Positions 19,962 to 30,336 are shown, counted from the first letter of the stretch. The stretch: 64,000 bases of DNA from Candidatus Micrarchaeota archaeon (GCA_038046765.1 JBBSVN010000001.1:18108-82107), one strand, 5' to 3'. Made by a program: numbers and translations. Notes: generated by a model not told the origin, from the letters alone.

Positions 19962-21263
19962 TTATCCTTTTGTCGGATCATTAACTTTGCCTATAAATAT
20001 AATCGACCCTGTGCCTTTATCTTGAATTATAAAAATAAATGGATGATCTGCTTTGAACACTGGTGGCGAAGGTAACGTCATAGGTTTCATTTCAACTGCT
20101 GTTGCAGCTGCTGCTTCTGTTCCTTCTTCGTTTACTTCAACAAATGCTTGGTGAATTACTTCTGATATGCTTAAATCCTTGTTACCCGTAATTCCTGAAA
20201 AATCTGCTTTGCTTGAATCAAATGAGGTTGACATACCTAAATCAATGAGATTTTTACCAAGATAATATTTACTCTGGAATTTGAACTTTGGAATTGAAAC
20301 ATCAACTTCCTGCGTTTGCATTTTCTGCTTCCATCTATTTAGATTTTCTAAAGACAGATTACTTTCTAAACTAGTCATTTCTTCTTTAGGTAAAATAATC
20401 AACATTGAAAGTTCGTTGTCTTTATAGGGTAGTTCTAATATTTGTAATCGTTCATCTTCAAAATAATTAAAGCTTTTAGTTTTTTTCATCATCTGCGCTT
20501 TTACTATTTTAGTGGAAGTTACTTCAAAATCTTCTTCTTTTGTTAAACTTTTATCAAATTTTGTTTCCCAACTGCCTTTGAAATAAATTGCATTTGTGAT
20601 AATTAGCCTTATATTTTGATCAAGATCGTTTGGGCCAATCATGTCTTTTATTTTTTGATTCGTTTCGTTTTCAATCCAGTTATTTATCATTAATCTGGAT
20701 TGCTCAAGTTGGTTGACAAAATCAACATTGGTAGCTTCCGCGCCATAATAGTTTTTGACAATGTCCTTGTAACTCTGTAATATTGAATAATCTTTTTGTA
20801 TCCAAAGCGCGTTTGCTGTACTTAGATTATAACTTTTATTCGCTTTATTTAAGTTATTATAAATACTTGCGAACCCGGATCGTCTTACGGATTCGTTTTC
20901 AGAAAAATAAAACACTTTCTGTATTTCTTGTGCGGTTTGTCCTTTAGCTCCTTCATAAGTTATTGCTAAAGCACTTGAAATGCTATAAGGTGAGAAGAAA
21001 ACGTTTTCATCGTTTGTTTTTTGTTTTGAATAAAGGTCAAATGCAAACTGATTGCTAGCTTCAACCATACTCTTTTTTTCTTCTGTACTTAGGTTAAGCG
21101 CAGTTGAATTTAATTGAAGTTGCAGTGCTGGAATTTCAGGCGTTTTATTGTTTGTTTCATTTTTAAGAAAGTTGTTTGAATCCTTTGTACTCGCACATCC
21201 TGAAATAAAAAGAGCTAATGCAATTATTAGTAATAGAAACATTCGTCCGCTCGTTGTTTTCAT
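19962..21263 (-). CDS. Serpin with lipoprotein signal
   Basis: NVFFSPYSI, NAIYFKGSW, VNEEGTEAAAATA hinge, FKADHPFIFII; ISGC lipobox. Confidence 0.96.
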   Translation of the reverse strand: MKTTSGRMFLLLIIALALFISGCASTKDSNNFLKNETNNKTPEIPALQLQLNSTALNLSTEEKKSMVEASNQFAFDLYSKQKTNDENVFFSPYSISSALAITYEGAKGQTAQEIQKVFYFSENESVRRSGFASIYNNLNKANKSYNLSTANALWIQKDYSILQSYKDIVKNYYGAEATNVDFVNQLEQSRLMINNWIENETNQKIKDMIGPNDLDQNIRLIITNAIYFKGSWETKFDKSLTKEEDFEVTSTKIVKAQMMKKTKSFNYFEDERLQILELPYKDNELSMLIILPKEEMTSLESNLSLENLNRWKQKMQTQEVDVSIPKFKFQSKYYLGKNLIDLGMSTSFDSSKADFSGITGNKDLSISEVIHQAFVEVNEEGTEAAAATAVEMKPMTLPSPPVFKADHPFIFIIQDKGTGSIIFIGKVNDPTKG

Positions 21264-21328
21264 AAAAATAATGTGATTCGAAGGCTTTAAGGTATAATGT
21301 GATTTCCTTAGGTTTTTGCCTAATTTAC

Positions 21329-22003
21329 CTATAATTCCCTCGCCCCGTCTTTCCCGCCAATAATTATCTTATCAAACTTCGTAAATATCCCGTTCTCAAC
21401 AACGCCCGGATAATTCTTCAACTCTGCTTCAGTTTTTTTAGGGTCTTTAACTAACATTTCACAATCAAGTAAAAAGTTTCCATTATCAGTAATTATTGGG
21501 CCAAGTTTTCCATCAGAAGCGCGATAGGTTACCTTGTTTGTAAATGTCTTTAGAAAACGCATTACCGTACTATGCGCAAAAGGAACTACTTCAACGACTA
21601 CTTTACCTTCTAGTTTTGGTTTTATCTTAGATTCATCTGCAATTACTATGAATTTTTTAGCAGCATATGCAACTACCTTTTCCCTAGTTAAAGCTCCGCC
21701 TCCGCCTTTTAGTACGCCAACTTTAGTTGCAACATCTGCACCGTCCACTGTCAAATCGATTCGTTCTACTTCGTCAGGTTCAGCAATCTTTAAACCTAAT
21801 CCGAGTGCATAAATTCGAGTATCAAAAGAAGTAGGTATACATTTTATATTTAATTTTTCTTTCTTTACGCGCTCTGCAAGCAGTTTGATAAATTCTTTAG
21901 CAGTGCTACCGCTTCCAATTCCTAAAATCGAATTATTTTCGACAAACTCGAGCGCGGCTTTTGAAGCATTAATTTTTCCTAATAAATTCGATGAAGAAGA
22001 CAT
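21329..22003 (-). CDS. rpiA: Ribose-5-phosphate isomerase A
   Basis: GIGSGST, DGAD, KGGGGALTREK, TDNGN, GVVENGIF. Confidence 0.97.
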   Translation of the reverse strand: MSSSSNLLGKINASKAALEFVENNSILGIGSGSTAKEFIKLLAERVKKEKLNIKCIPTSFDTRIYALGLGLKIAEPDEVERIDLTVDGADVATKVGVLKGGGGALTREKVVAYAAKKFIVIADESKIKPKLEGKVVVEVVPFAHSTVMRFLKTFTNKVTYRASDGKLGPIITDNGNFLLDCEMLVKDPKKTEAELKNYPGVVENGIFTKFDKIIIGGKDGAREL

Positions 22004-22038
22004 AAATAGAATAAAAGAAACTAATATTTATAATTGCG

Positions 22039-22284
22039 CTAGGATTTTTTAAATTTCTCAGCTAGTTTTTTATCCTGCGTAAATGTTGCCTTTCCCTTGC
22101 TTTGCCCCAAGTATTCTATGATGTTACCTTCCTTATCGGTAAGCGTCATATCAGTTATTTCCTTACCAGTTCGCATAGTTAAAATAGCAGGTTTTCCTTT
22201 GAACATTACGCTTATGCTGTATACTTTTGTATCCTGGTTATACGCATAATGTATATCGCAGTTTTTAAAATCCTTAATAGACAT
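22039..22284 (-). CDS. Hypothetical protein (possibly 3' half of a frameshifted gene)
   Basis: 81 aa ORF starting 7 nt after the stop of 22292-22540. Confidence 0.45.
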   Translation of the reverse strand: MSIKDFKNCDIHYAYNQDTKVYSISVMFKGKPAILTMRTGKEITDMTLTDKEGNIIEYLGQSKGKATFTQDKKLAEKFKKS

Positions 22285-22291
22285 AAAATCA

Positions 22292-22540
22292 CTAAACGCT
22301 TACAAGTCTTAGCATTATCGAATCGTTAGCTTTAAGCATTTCTTTTATTTGTGAATTTTTTAAGAATGGTTCCATAAATTTAGCTGATATATTATACGCC
22401 TGAGCGGTCTCGGTCATTTTGATTTTATTTGTCATATCAGTTGTTTTTGCAATTTCGAGTTTTGGTATTTTTATTATTATATTTTGAAGTCTTTTGTTTT
22501 CTTCATCGTATTCTTTTGGTTTAAACGCTTCTGGTGACAT
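22292..22540 (-). CDS. Hypothetical protein (possibly 5' half of a frameshifted gene)
   Basis: 82 aa ORF. Confidence 0.45.
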   Translation of the reverse strand: MSPEAFKPKEYDEENKRLQNIIIKIPKLEIAKTTDMTNKIKMTETAQAYNISAKFMEPFLKNSQIKEMLKANDSIMLRLVSV

Positions 22541-22572
22541 AATTTAATATTAAACTAGGCATAATTAAATAC

Positions 22573-23241
22573 CTACGTTCTACTTTCATGTTTCTTCTTA
22601 TTGCTACAAAGGTCGAACAAAACCTCGTAAGCTTTTAGAAGTTCTGCATCTTCAACAAAAATCAGGAATTCTGGGACGCATGTCATTAATTCATAGATTA
22701 ATACGTTATTTCGAAAGAGTTCGTTAAGAATTACTAAACCCACTCCCCGAGTTTTAACTATCACCGGAGGCAGGTGTAAATTTATTTCTGCTATGTTTTT
22801 CTTAACATCAATTATGTATTCTTTAGAAACGATATCCAAAAATTCCTCAATTTTAGACTCGTCAATCATAACTCTTATCGATTCTTCTCCCTGAACAAAT
22901 CGAATCATTTCTCCTTTTTCATATTTTACGCTGTTAAAGATTTCAGATAAGAGTTCAGTAACTTTAGGGCTTTTTTTAACTGCAATAATTGCGAGGTGAC
23001 TTTTAGTAGATATTTTTGCGCCTCTAATAAGTTTTGCAGCTTCTTTGTACTGATCTAAATATTTGTTTTCTTTAGGATATCTTCTTATTGCGCTAATTAT
23101 TGCGTCTTCGCTACCCTCAATTCCATTGTCTCTACAATGTCTAGCTAGTGCTCGAACGTTTATCATGTCTCGTTCTAGGTCTAAGCGTATTGACGGGTCC
23201 TTGTCTATAAGTTTCCAAACAGAATCTCGAATATTTGTCAT
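22573..23241 (-). CDS. Archaeal HTH + ACT-like domain regulator
   Basis: INVRALAR...AIISAIRRY N-terminus; ACT-like KTRGV...NNVLIYELMTCVPEFLIFV. Confidence 0.75.
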   Translation of the reverse strand: MTNIRDSVWKLIDKDPSIRLDLERDMINVRALARHCRDNGIEGSEDAIISAIRRYPKENKYLDQYKEAAKLIRGAKISTKSHLAIIAVKKSPKVTELLSEIFNSVKYEKGEMIRFVQGEESIRVMIDESKIEEFLDIVSKEYIIDVKKNIAEINLHLPPVIVKTRGVGLVILNELFRNNVLIYELMTCVPEFLIFVEDAELLKAYEVLFDLCSNKKKHESRT

Positions 23242-23333
23242 AAATACATTAAATGTGTCAAAACTTATTAAAATGTTTATTTTTTGTCATAAAATATAAA
23301 TGCTACTTTTTGCAATAAACATTTGGTGAAAAA

Positions 23334-24278
23334 ATGAAATTACTAATGAGTTTTGGAAAACATCAGAATGCTTTAGACGCTAGTGAATTAAGAGCTGATC
23401 TTGTCAGGTTTAAACCGCACGTGTACGTTAAAGAAACAATTCTCCTTACGCCAGATCGTAGATTACCAATCATTGCTTTTCAAAATAAAAGAATCAAAGA
23501 TGGAAGAAAAAGTCCAGAAGAAAAAAAATCTCAGATGCACGATATAGCAAAGGCGTTTAGAGAAGAAGACTGGGTCGAATTTAAAGTTGAAGAATATTCT
23601 ATAGTTGCGGATTCGCAAGTAAGGTGGATGCATAATGTTGAAGATTATCCACAAGAGCAGATTCAAAGGATGGCTGCTGCTGGGCTGTGCCACACGCGTA
23701 TGGGTGGGATTATCCTTAGCTTTGTCTCAAGAGGAGATTTTGGATACGCTATGGGGTTAGCAGAACAAGAATTGCGTGGTTTTAAACTGTTGGTCAAAGA
23801 TCGAAACAAACGAATAGTTCGCGGTATTATGGAAATGGAAAAGGAACTGCCGAATCTAGCCTTAGATGAAGAACTTAGAGTCTTGTGTCGATTTGGTTTA
23901 ACTCATAAAGAAATATCTGTTCAACTAAAAGAAAAACTTGGTGAAAGCGTAGAGTTAGTTCGGTATCCTAAAGTTAACCGATACGTGGAGCTTTTATCCG
24001 ACCCTAATCCAGGTATTTCAAAAGATGATCTAGTATATTATATGTTCTATTGTCTCTACAACGATTTTGTCGATACTCAATTTGGTGTTGATTTTGAAAA
24101 ATCTGTTAGAATTGAAGAAGAAGTTTTTAGGCAATTAGGAGGCAGTGCGGGTTTCTTAGAGCGCATGGAAAAAGCTCTAAATCTTGGTATGGAGGGGGGA
24201 GGAGTAGATCTAAGAGTCGTTCAAAACAAGTTTATAGAAAACTTAAAAGAAGTCTATGAGAAAACATTAAATGGGTGA
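23334..24278 (+). CDS. Hypothetical protein
   Basis: 314 aa; GGTGA SD; overlaps alaX start. Confidence 0.65.
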   Translation: MKLLMSFGKHQNALDASELRADLVRFKPHVYVKETILLTPDRRLPIIAFQNKRIKDGRKSPEEKKSQMHDIAKAFREEDWVEFKVEEYSIVADSQVRWMHNVEDYPQEQIQRMAAAGLCHTRMGGIILSFVSRGDFGYAMGLAEQELRGFKLLVKDRNKRIVRGIMEMEKELPNLALDEELRVLCRFGLTHKEISVQLKEKLGESVELVRYPKVNRYVELLSDPNPGISKDDLVYYMFYCLYNDFVDTQFGVDFEKSVRIEEEVFRQLGGSAGFLERMEKALNLGMEGGGVDLRVVQNKFIENLKEVYEKTLNG

Positions 24279-25017
24279 AAAATATATGCAACAACCACTT
24301 TATCTTCTTGATAGTTACGCAAAAGATTTGGAAACTTCGGTTAAAGAAATAATTGAAAAAGACGGCAAGCATTTTGTTGTTCTAGATGATACTGTATTTT
24401 ACGCACGCGGAGGAGGACAACCATCGGATACCGGAAAGATTATCAGATTAAGCGATAACAGCGAATTTAATGTTGTTTCCGTTACAAAATTCGAAGGTAA
24501 AATCTTACATGAAGTAAGTGGACAAGACGCAAAACTCGAAACAGGAAACAGGATCAAATGCATTATTGACTGGCCTAGGAGATATCGCTTAATGCGCATC
24601 CATACTGCTACACATATTCTAGCTGCAATCATGCATAAAGAATAAGGAGTTCTAATTTCGGGTAACGAACTAGGCGAAGATAAAGCTCGAGTTGATTTTA
24701 ACCTGCAAGACGCGAACAGCGAAAAAATCCAAAATTATATAAACAAAACAAATGAAGCGATTAAACGAAATCTAGAGGTAACAATGACTTTTATGCCTCG
24801 GGAAGACGCATTGAAGTTACCGGGCGCAGTAAAATTAATGGGTGCGCTTCCACCAGACATCCAGACATTGCGAATCGTACAAATTGGAGACGTCGATTTG
24901 CAGGCAGATGGTGGAACGCATGTTAAAAACACGAGCGAGATTGGAGAAATCGAACTAATTAGAATTGATAATAAGGGTAAGGATAATCGACGGGTTTACT
25001 TTAAGTTGAAAGATTAA
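24271..25017 (+). pseudogene. alaX: AlaX-M tRNA editing protein interrupted by in-frame TAA at 24643-24645
   Basis: LYLLDSY, FYARGGGQPSDTG, RIHTATH, then TAA, then same-frame GVLISGNELG..KARVDF and DLQADGGTHVKNT. Confidence 0.85.
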
Positions 25018-25026
25018 CTGCAAAGG

Positions 25027-25073
25027 GTAGTGCCTAAGTTTTTATAAAGATATGGATTTTTCTTAGGCACTAC
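25027..25073. terminator. Perfect 12-bp inverted repeat between convergent genes
   Basis: GTAGTGCCTAAG (25027-25038)/CTTAGGCACTAC (25062-25073). Confidence 0.45.
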
Positions 25074-25199
25074 AAAATTTAGAAAATAATTAGTTATCCT
25101 TTTGCACAGTAAAACTCATCATCTGTCCAGAATTAGAAACGTTACTTATCGAGTCTGGAGTCTGTAATAAATTTTGCTAAAAACTTCTAAAAAATGAGT

Positions 25200-26201
25200 T
25201 TATTGTACAACACATCTTCCAGCGCTACAATAGCTATTTGGTGAAGTACTTGAACATGGTAGTGTAATACTTTTTACTTCATTACCATCACAGTAGTATT
25301 CAAGTACCTTTGTCGAATCAACACAAGTATCATAATTGTAAACTATTGACGCATTGTAAAGAATAGGGTGAACGTTAACATATCCTGATACTTCTCTTGT
25401 TATCCCATCACTATCTTTACAAGAAACATCGCTTCTACAAGCTCCATTTTGGCAAGGACAATTTATCTGTTCGGTTGCTTGCATATTCCCATTGCAATAA
25501 TATTGGGTTAGTGTTGTTTCGTTTGAGCATGTATCCGTATAAATTCCTGGAAGTCCGTCTCCAAAGTCTACTTTTACAGAACCCTTAAGCGTAGTATTCC
25601 TAGTTGTATCATTATTAGTACAAATTTGTTGGAATTTATTACACGCTCCATTACTACAATAGTAGCCGGATGGACATTCGTAAACTGATGAGTCTATTTT
25701 GTTGCCTACACAAGAATACTCTCGAACATTCTTTGTTGAAGTGCAGATATCAGAATAATTTTGACCTCCATAGATAACCGTTCCAGGGGTATTTACGTTT
25801 CCTCCATTATCACTATCTGTACAATCATTTGTAGTAGTTAGAATGCATTTTCCTAAAAAGCAACTGTATCTATTAGGGCATAAAATCGCTTCTTTTTGTA
25901 ATTGTCCATCTTGACAATAATATTCATCAACAGTATTGGTATCAACACAACTTTCTGATACATATTTATCATTTACAAATGCGTCTGCTGCAACATATAT
26001 GTTTTTACCATCACTATCATTACAAACCGAAGTTGGATTTTTTATCTGATCTGTTATTGACGGTTTTGTTTGTGTTTCTTTAGTAGGAGTTGAATTTTGT
26101 ACCTCTGTTTGATTTGTTGGAGTAACTACTTCTTTATAAGCGCTAGTACAACCAAAAATAACCAAAATCGCCGCGAGTAATAAGATCGTAAAAATTTTCA
26201 T
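25200..26201 (-). CDS. Cys-rich lipoprotein with four ~60-aa C-x-DSD...EYYC...C..G.C repeats
   Basis: IFGC lipobox; repeats begin CNDSDG, CTDSDN, CTNNDT, CKDSDG. Confidence 0.8.
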   Translation of the reverse strand: MKIFTILLLAAILVIFGCTSAYKEVVTPTNQTEVQNSTPTKETQTKPSITDQIKNPTSVCNDSDGKNIYVAADAFVNDKYVSESCVDTNTVDEYYCQDGQLQKEAILCPNRYSCFLGKCILTTTNDCTDSDNGGNVNTPGTVIYGGQNYSDICTSTKNVREYSCVGNKIDSSVYECPSGYYCSNGACNKFQQICTNNDTTRNTTLKGSVKVDFGDGLPGIYTDTCSNETTLTQYYCNGNMQATEQINCPCQNGACRSDVSCKDSDGITREVSGYVNVHPILYNASIVYNYDTCVDSTKVLEYYCDGNEVKSITLPCSSTSPNSYCSAGRCVVQ

Positions 26202-26327
26202 AAGATACCTTTTAACGTAAATTATTAAAAATACCCCTTAATCTGGGAATTTGCTTTAATACCTTTGTAGTAATATATATTAGACTAAGAAAAGAATATT
26301 AACAACCGATTTTAAGAGGTAGATAAA

Positions 26328-26924
26328 ATGCAGTTTAAAGATATTGTAATGAACAGATATGCTACAAAATTGTTTGACGGGAAAGAACTACCAGAAGAAA
26401 AAGTACATGAACTGTTGGAATTAATCAGATTCTCAGCCTCATCTTTCAATATTCAGCCTTGGAAAATAAAAATAATAAAAGATAAAGAAACTAAGGAAGC
26501 TTTATTTGGTGCATCATATAATCAACCTCAGGTAACTAGTTGTTCGCATTTATTAGTTTTTTGTGCTGATACAAATATAATGCCGTTAATTGATAAACTC
26601 GAAAAACACCTCAAGGGTGCTATGTCTCCAGATAAATTAAAGCCATACATGGAAATGATGCGCGGATTTGCTGGAAGTATGAACGAGCAACAAACACTAT
26701 CTTGGTCACAAAGACAAGTTTATTTAGCTCTAGGTAATGCATTAAATGGTGCTAAATCTTTAGGATTTGACTCCTGCCCTATGGAAGGATTTAGTCCTGC
26801 TGAATACTCAAAAGTACTTAAGCTTCCAGGAAATATCGTACCGGCTGCAATTTGTGCAATAGGTCATGCCGCAGATAAAGCGCATCCAAAAATGAGATTT
26901 TCTAAGGAGGAAATTTTAATTTAA
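26328..26924 (+). CDS. Nitroreductase family NAD(P)H oxidoreductase
   Basis: RYATKLFD, SASSFNIQPW, NQPQV, GFDSCPMEGF. Confidence 0.93.
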   Translation: MQFKDIVMNRYATKLFDGKELPEEKVHELLELIRFSASSFNIQPWKIKIIKDKETKEALFGASYNQPQVTSCSHLLVFCADTNIMPLIDKLEKHLKGAMSPDKLKPYMEMMRGFAGSMNEQQTLSWSQRQVYLALGNALNGAKSLGFDSCPMEGFSPAEYSKVLKLPGNIVPAAICAIGHAADKAHPKMRFSKEEILI

Positions 26925-27030
26925 CTTTTTTCTTTTTTATTTGTTTTTAATTTTTCTCCAAGTTTTTGTATCTTTTAGAAACTTACACCTTTCACTACTA
27001 TTTATAAATATTTCCTAGCTAATTATAATT

Positions 27031-27315
27031 ATGCAAGTTCAATTAAATGTACCTGGTGCGAAAAATATTCCTGCTCGTGCCTTTGCTTCTAAAGCTCCAC
27101 TTATGGGTGATAAAATTAAGGCGAATTCTCTAGTTATCCCTCTTAGTCCAGAGGTTATTGAGAGCGAATTAGGTCGACTAAGACGAGAGCAAAAACTTCC
27201 TGTAAGTATCCCAATTTATCAACCAGAAATGCCTGCAAATGTTCCAGATAAACCAAATTCTGCTCCCAAAGAAGAAGAACAAAAACGTGGAGTTGTAATA
27301 ATTTCTATTTTTTAA
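27031..27315 (+). CDS. Hypothetical protein
   Basis: 94 aa; TTTATAAA ~25 nt upstream (leaderless); T-rich tract after stop. Confidence 0.6.
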   Translation: MQVQLNVPGAKNIPARAFASKAPLMGDKIKANSLVIPLSPEVIESELGRLRREQKLPVSIPIYQPEMPANVPDKPNSAPKEEEQKRGVVIISIF

Positions 27316-27363
27316 TTTTCTTTCGGTTTTCTTCTTTTTTCGATTCTATTTTAAACAAACTAA

Positions 27364-28311
27364 CTAGTAAAAACTATGTAATCTTATGTTTAAATCGTGC
27401 GAATCGCTCGCAACAAAATGCCCTGTTCTTACAGTTTCCACACTTCTACTTAGTTCGGGGGTTACTAATGCTAAAGATTCTTTAATTTCCTTTGCTCCAA
27501 CTAATAAATCGTCTTCTCCGCAAACGCAAAGAAACCTTTTAGGTAATTCAAATACTCTTAATTTTAAAAGTTCAAATAGATCTTCTGCTTGCTTGAACAT
27601 TGTTGATAAAACCATTGTAGTTACTTCTGGGCTAGATCTTTTCAAATCTGCTAAAAATGAATCAAATGATTCAACTGCTTTATCTCCTGTCGCGATATTT
27701 CGAGCGATTAATGGACTAAATAATTCAAAAACTGCTCTTGTTAGCATAAATGATTTATATGCTGATCGATTAAGTTCTTGCGAATAGGCTGCGTTCTGGT
27801 CTAAATTGTACATAGTATTAAATCCTGCTAAAAGTGAACGCGTAAGTAACGAAACACAAGGTAAATTTGTATAAGGAAGGGTTCTTCTTACATCTCTTAT
27901 GATTGGTGCAGCTAAAACAATACTCTCTGCTTGAATCATTTTTTGATTTTGTTGCGAAAGCCTAGCATAGTTTATTGCTACTAGTCCGCCCCAGCTATGG
28001 CCTAATAAGTGTAACCTTCTAATCCCTAGTTCTTTGCATAAATTTGCGATTGCTCGAGTCGAATCATCAAGAATTGTTGCTGCAGTTGATTCTCCTAATG
28101 CGGATAATCCATGACCTGGCAAATCTATCACGACTAAAGGTTTTCCCATACTACAAATCGGTTCGACTTGTCCTAAGAAATCTTTGTGTGTTCGACCTAA
28201 ACCGTGTATTGCGACTACTGCCTCTGCATTAGTATTCAATCTACCAAAAGTTTTATAGTGAATCAGGGATTTATTGCCTGCTGGTGTTTTACCTAAAGTT
28301 AACTGGCTCAT
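27364..28311 (-). CDS. Alpha/beta hydrolase
   Basis: IHGLG, DLPGHG, GHSWGG nucleophile elbow, GEDD, TGH. Confidence 0.9.
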   Translation of the reverse strand: MSQLTLGKTPAGNKSLIHYKTFGRLNTNAEAVVAIHGLGRTHKDFLGQVEPICSMGKPLVVIDLPGHGLSALGESTAATILDDSTRAIANLCKELGIRRLHLLGHSWGGLVAINYARLSQQNQKMIQAESIVLAAPIIRDVRRTLPYTNLPCVSLLTRSLLAGFNTMYNLDQNAAYSQELNRSAYKSFMLTRAVFELFSPLIARNIATGDKAVESFDSFLADLKRSSPEVTTMVLSTMFKQAEDLFELLKLRVFELPKRFLCVCGEDDLLVGAKEIKESLALVTPELSRSVETVRTGHFVASDSHDLNIRLHSFY

Positions 28312-28506
28312 CAGTATATAATGCATAACACTCTTTTTAAATGTTGCTAAAAATGGGATATTTTGATATTTAACTTATATCTCATTAACGTTTTCCAATA
28401 ATTTCTTTAAACGTACTAGATACATTAACTACTAGGTGCATGCATAATGGCTACTTGAGCTTTTAGCAATGACAAATTAGCTGAACAGGCATGCACCTTC
28501 TTATTT

Positions 28507-29388
28507 TTAATTTTGTTTGGAGGGTGCAACAAATGAAGTAACATTTACACCTGCATTCATTAATAGTTCAATTAGCCTAGTTGTTTTTTCCGAGTCTTCT
28601 TCTAACGGATGGGTAAATCCAAATTCTCCTTCTTCCCCCTCAATTTTGTAAACAATGTGCAACTGGTGAAGCAAATCCACGTTTTCATTAAATGCTTTCA
28701 TTGTTTTATAATACGTAAATGGTTCGTTAATACCAAGCATTACCTGGATATATTTATTATCAATTATTGATGCATCTTTACGGATTAGTTCTTCAAAATT
28801 AATTTTTGATTCTGCTAAAAATCTAAGGTTCTTAAGAATTATGTTGCATTCTAATTCCAAGTCCAATCCTCTTAGGTGCTCCTCAGTTAATGTTTTTACT
28901 CTACCAAATTCTCCGTCCGTATATTCCCATCCCTTTTTCTCAAACTCCCGTAAAAGTGCCTTAACTGTAGATTTTTTTCTATAAATAGGAGTCTCGCTAA
29001 GTGCTTGATCTAATCGTATTGCCAGAAACTTCAATTCATCTGTTAATGTTATTGATGAAAATTTTTTTGTAGTATAAAGCGCAATTTTTGGTTTTATTTT
29101 TTCTCGAAATCTTAAAAAAGTAGGATTAGTATCATCTTCTATAGCTGCCCACAAAACCATTCTCATTTCGCTAAGTCTAGTTAGAAGTTCGAGCGTTTTC
29201 TTTGCCTGCCTTAGTTTTTTGTTTTCAAGTTCAACAAGTTCTATTTCTCCGCTTTCCAACTTTGTTCTATCTCCAAGCCTAGTTCCTTCTACAAAAATTC
29301 TTACGTGTTTTTTACCCTTACTTAATGCTTCTTTTGCAGGAATAAAGATGTCTACTTCTTTAGGTACAACCATCAATGTCCTTGTCAT
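28507..29388 (-). CDS. Hypothetical protein
   Basis: 293 aa ORF directly downstream of PCNA. Confidence 0.65.
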   Translation of the reverse strand: MTRTLMVVPKEVDIFIPAKEALSKGKKHVRIFVEGTRLGDRTKLESGEIELVELENKKLRQAKKTLELLTRLSEMRMVLWAAIEDDTNPTFLRFREKIKPKIALYTTKKFSSITLTDELKFLAIRLDQALSETPIYRKKSTVKALLREFEKKGWEYTDGEFGRVKTLTEEHLRGLDLELECNIILKNLRFLAESKINFEELIRKDASIIDNKYIQVMLGINEPFTYYKTMKAFNENVDLLHQLHIVYKIEGEEGEFGFTHPLEEDSEKTTRLIELLMNAGVNVTSFVAPSKQN

Positions 29389-29401
29389 TATCTAGAACCC
29401 G

Positions 29402-30142
29402 TTACTCGCTCTCAATTCTTGGAGCTAGATAATAGACAACCTTTGCCTTTTCTATGTCATATTCTACCTTAAGTGGCCTGTCTGTTTCTAGGTTTATTGT
29501 AACTGGAGAAGATCCGCTAGCTGCCTTTACAATATCCTCTAAATACTGCAAAGGGAAAGTTGCTTTTGTCTGAACGGCTGTTTGTATTTCGCTTACTTCG
29601 TCCCCTTTTTCAAACTCTGCTCTTACATCCCCGCCTTCGCCTTTCACATCTACAATAAATGCATTAGGTTCTAAAATAAGTCTTACGTGTGAGCTTACTA
29701 ATTTTGCATCTTTTAAAGCTTCTTTTAATGCATCTGCGTTTATTCTAGCGTAATTTGCATAATCAATTTTAAGTTCCTTGGATAATCCAGAACCAATGTC
29801 AAGAATCGGTACTTTAAACGTTCTTTTTCTTTTATCTGTGAAAAACTTCACGACTAATCTTCCTTCTTCGAGGGTTAGTTCTGCTTTTTCTCCTTTTTTA
29901 CCTCGAGCTAGGATGTTTACAAATTGTGAAATATCAAGTCCAAGTTTTGTTTCTTCTTCTACTGAGTATTCGACAAATGCACTTTTTGGCATTGTAAATG
30001 AGACCATGCTTATCTGGCTTGGGTCCATTGCCTTTAATTGTAGTCCGTCTTTTTTTACCTCAAAAACTCCTTCTTCAACTAAGCTTGCTATTGAATCTAT
30101 TGCTGATTTAAGAGATGGTGCTTCTTGTATAACTAGCTTCAT
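29402..30142 (-). CDS. pcn: DNA polymerase sliding clamp PCNA
   Basis: AMDPSQISMV, FPLQYLEDIVKA, YYLAPRIE. Confidence 0.97.
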   Translation of the reverse strand: MKLVIQEAPSLKSAIDSIASLVEEGVFEVKKDGLQLKAMDPSQISMVSFTMPKSAFVEYSVEEETKLGLDISQFVNILARGKKGEKAELTLEEGRLVVKFFTDKRKRTFKVPILDIGSGLSKELKIDYANYARINADALKEALKDAKLVSSHVRLILEPNAFIVDVKGEGGDVRAEFEKGDEVSEIQTAVQTKATFPLQYLEDIVKAASGSSPVTINLETDRPLKVEYDIEKAKVVYYLAPRIESE

Positions 30143-30336
30143 AAAATTCGCCTCCGTGTCGTGTAATTTTTATATGCTTCTTATGTTCTTTTTTCTAAAT
30201 CTCCCATTATATATAAGTAGTATAAATAAAAAAAGCTTTGTATTTACTGCTTCTCGAGTTTAATTTCCTTGCATTTCCAGTACTGTTCGTTCTTTTGAAC
30301 AAAGAAAATAAAAACATCAAATACATTTAAATTTTC

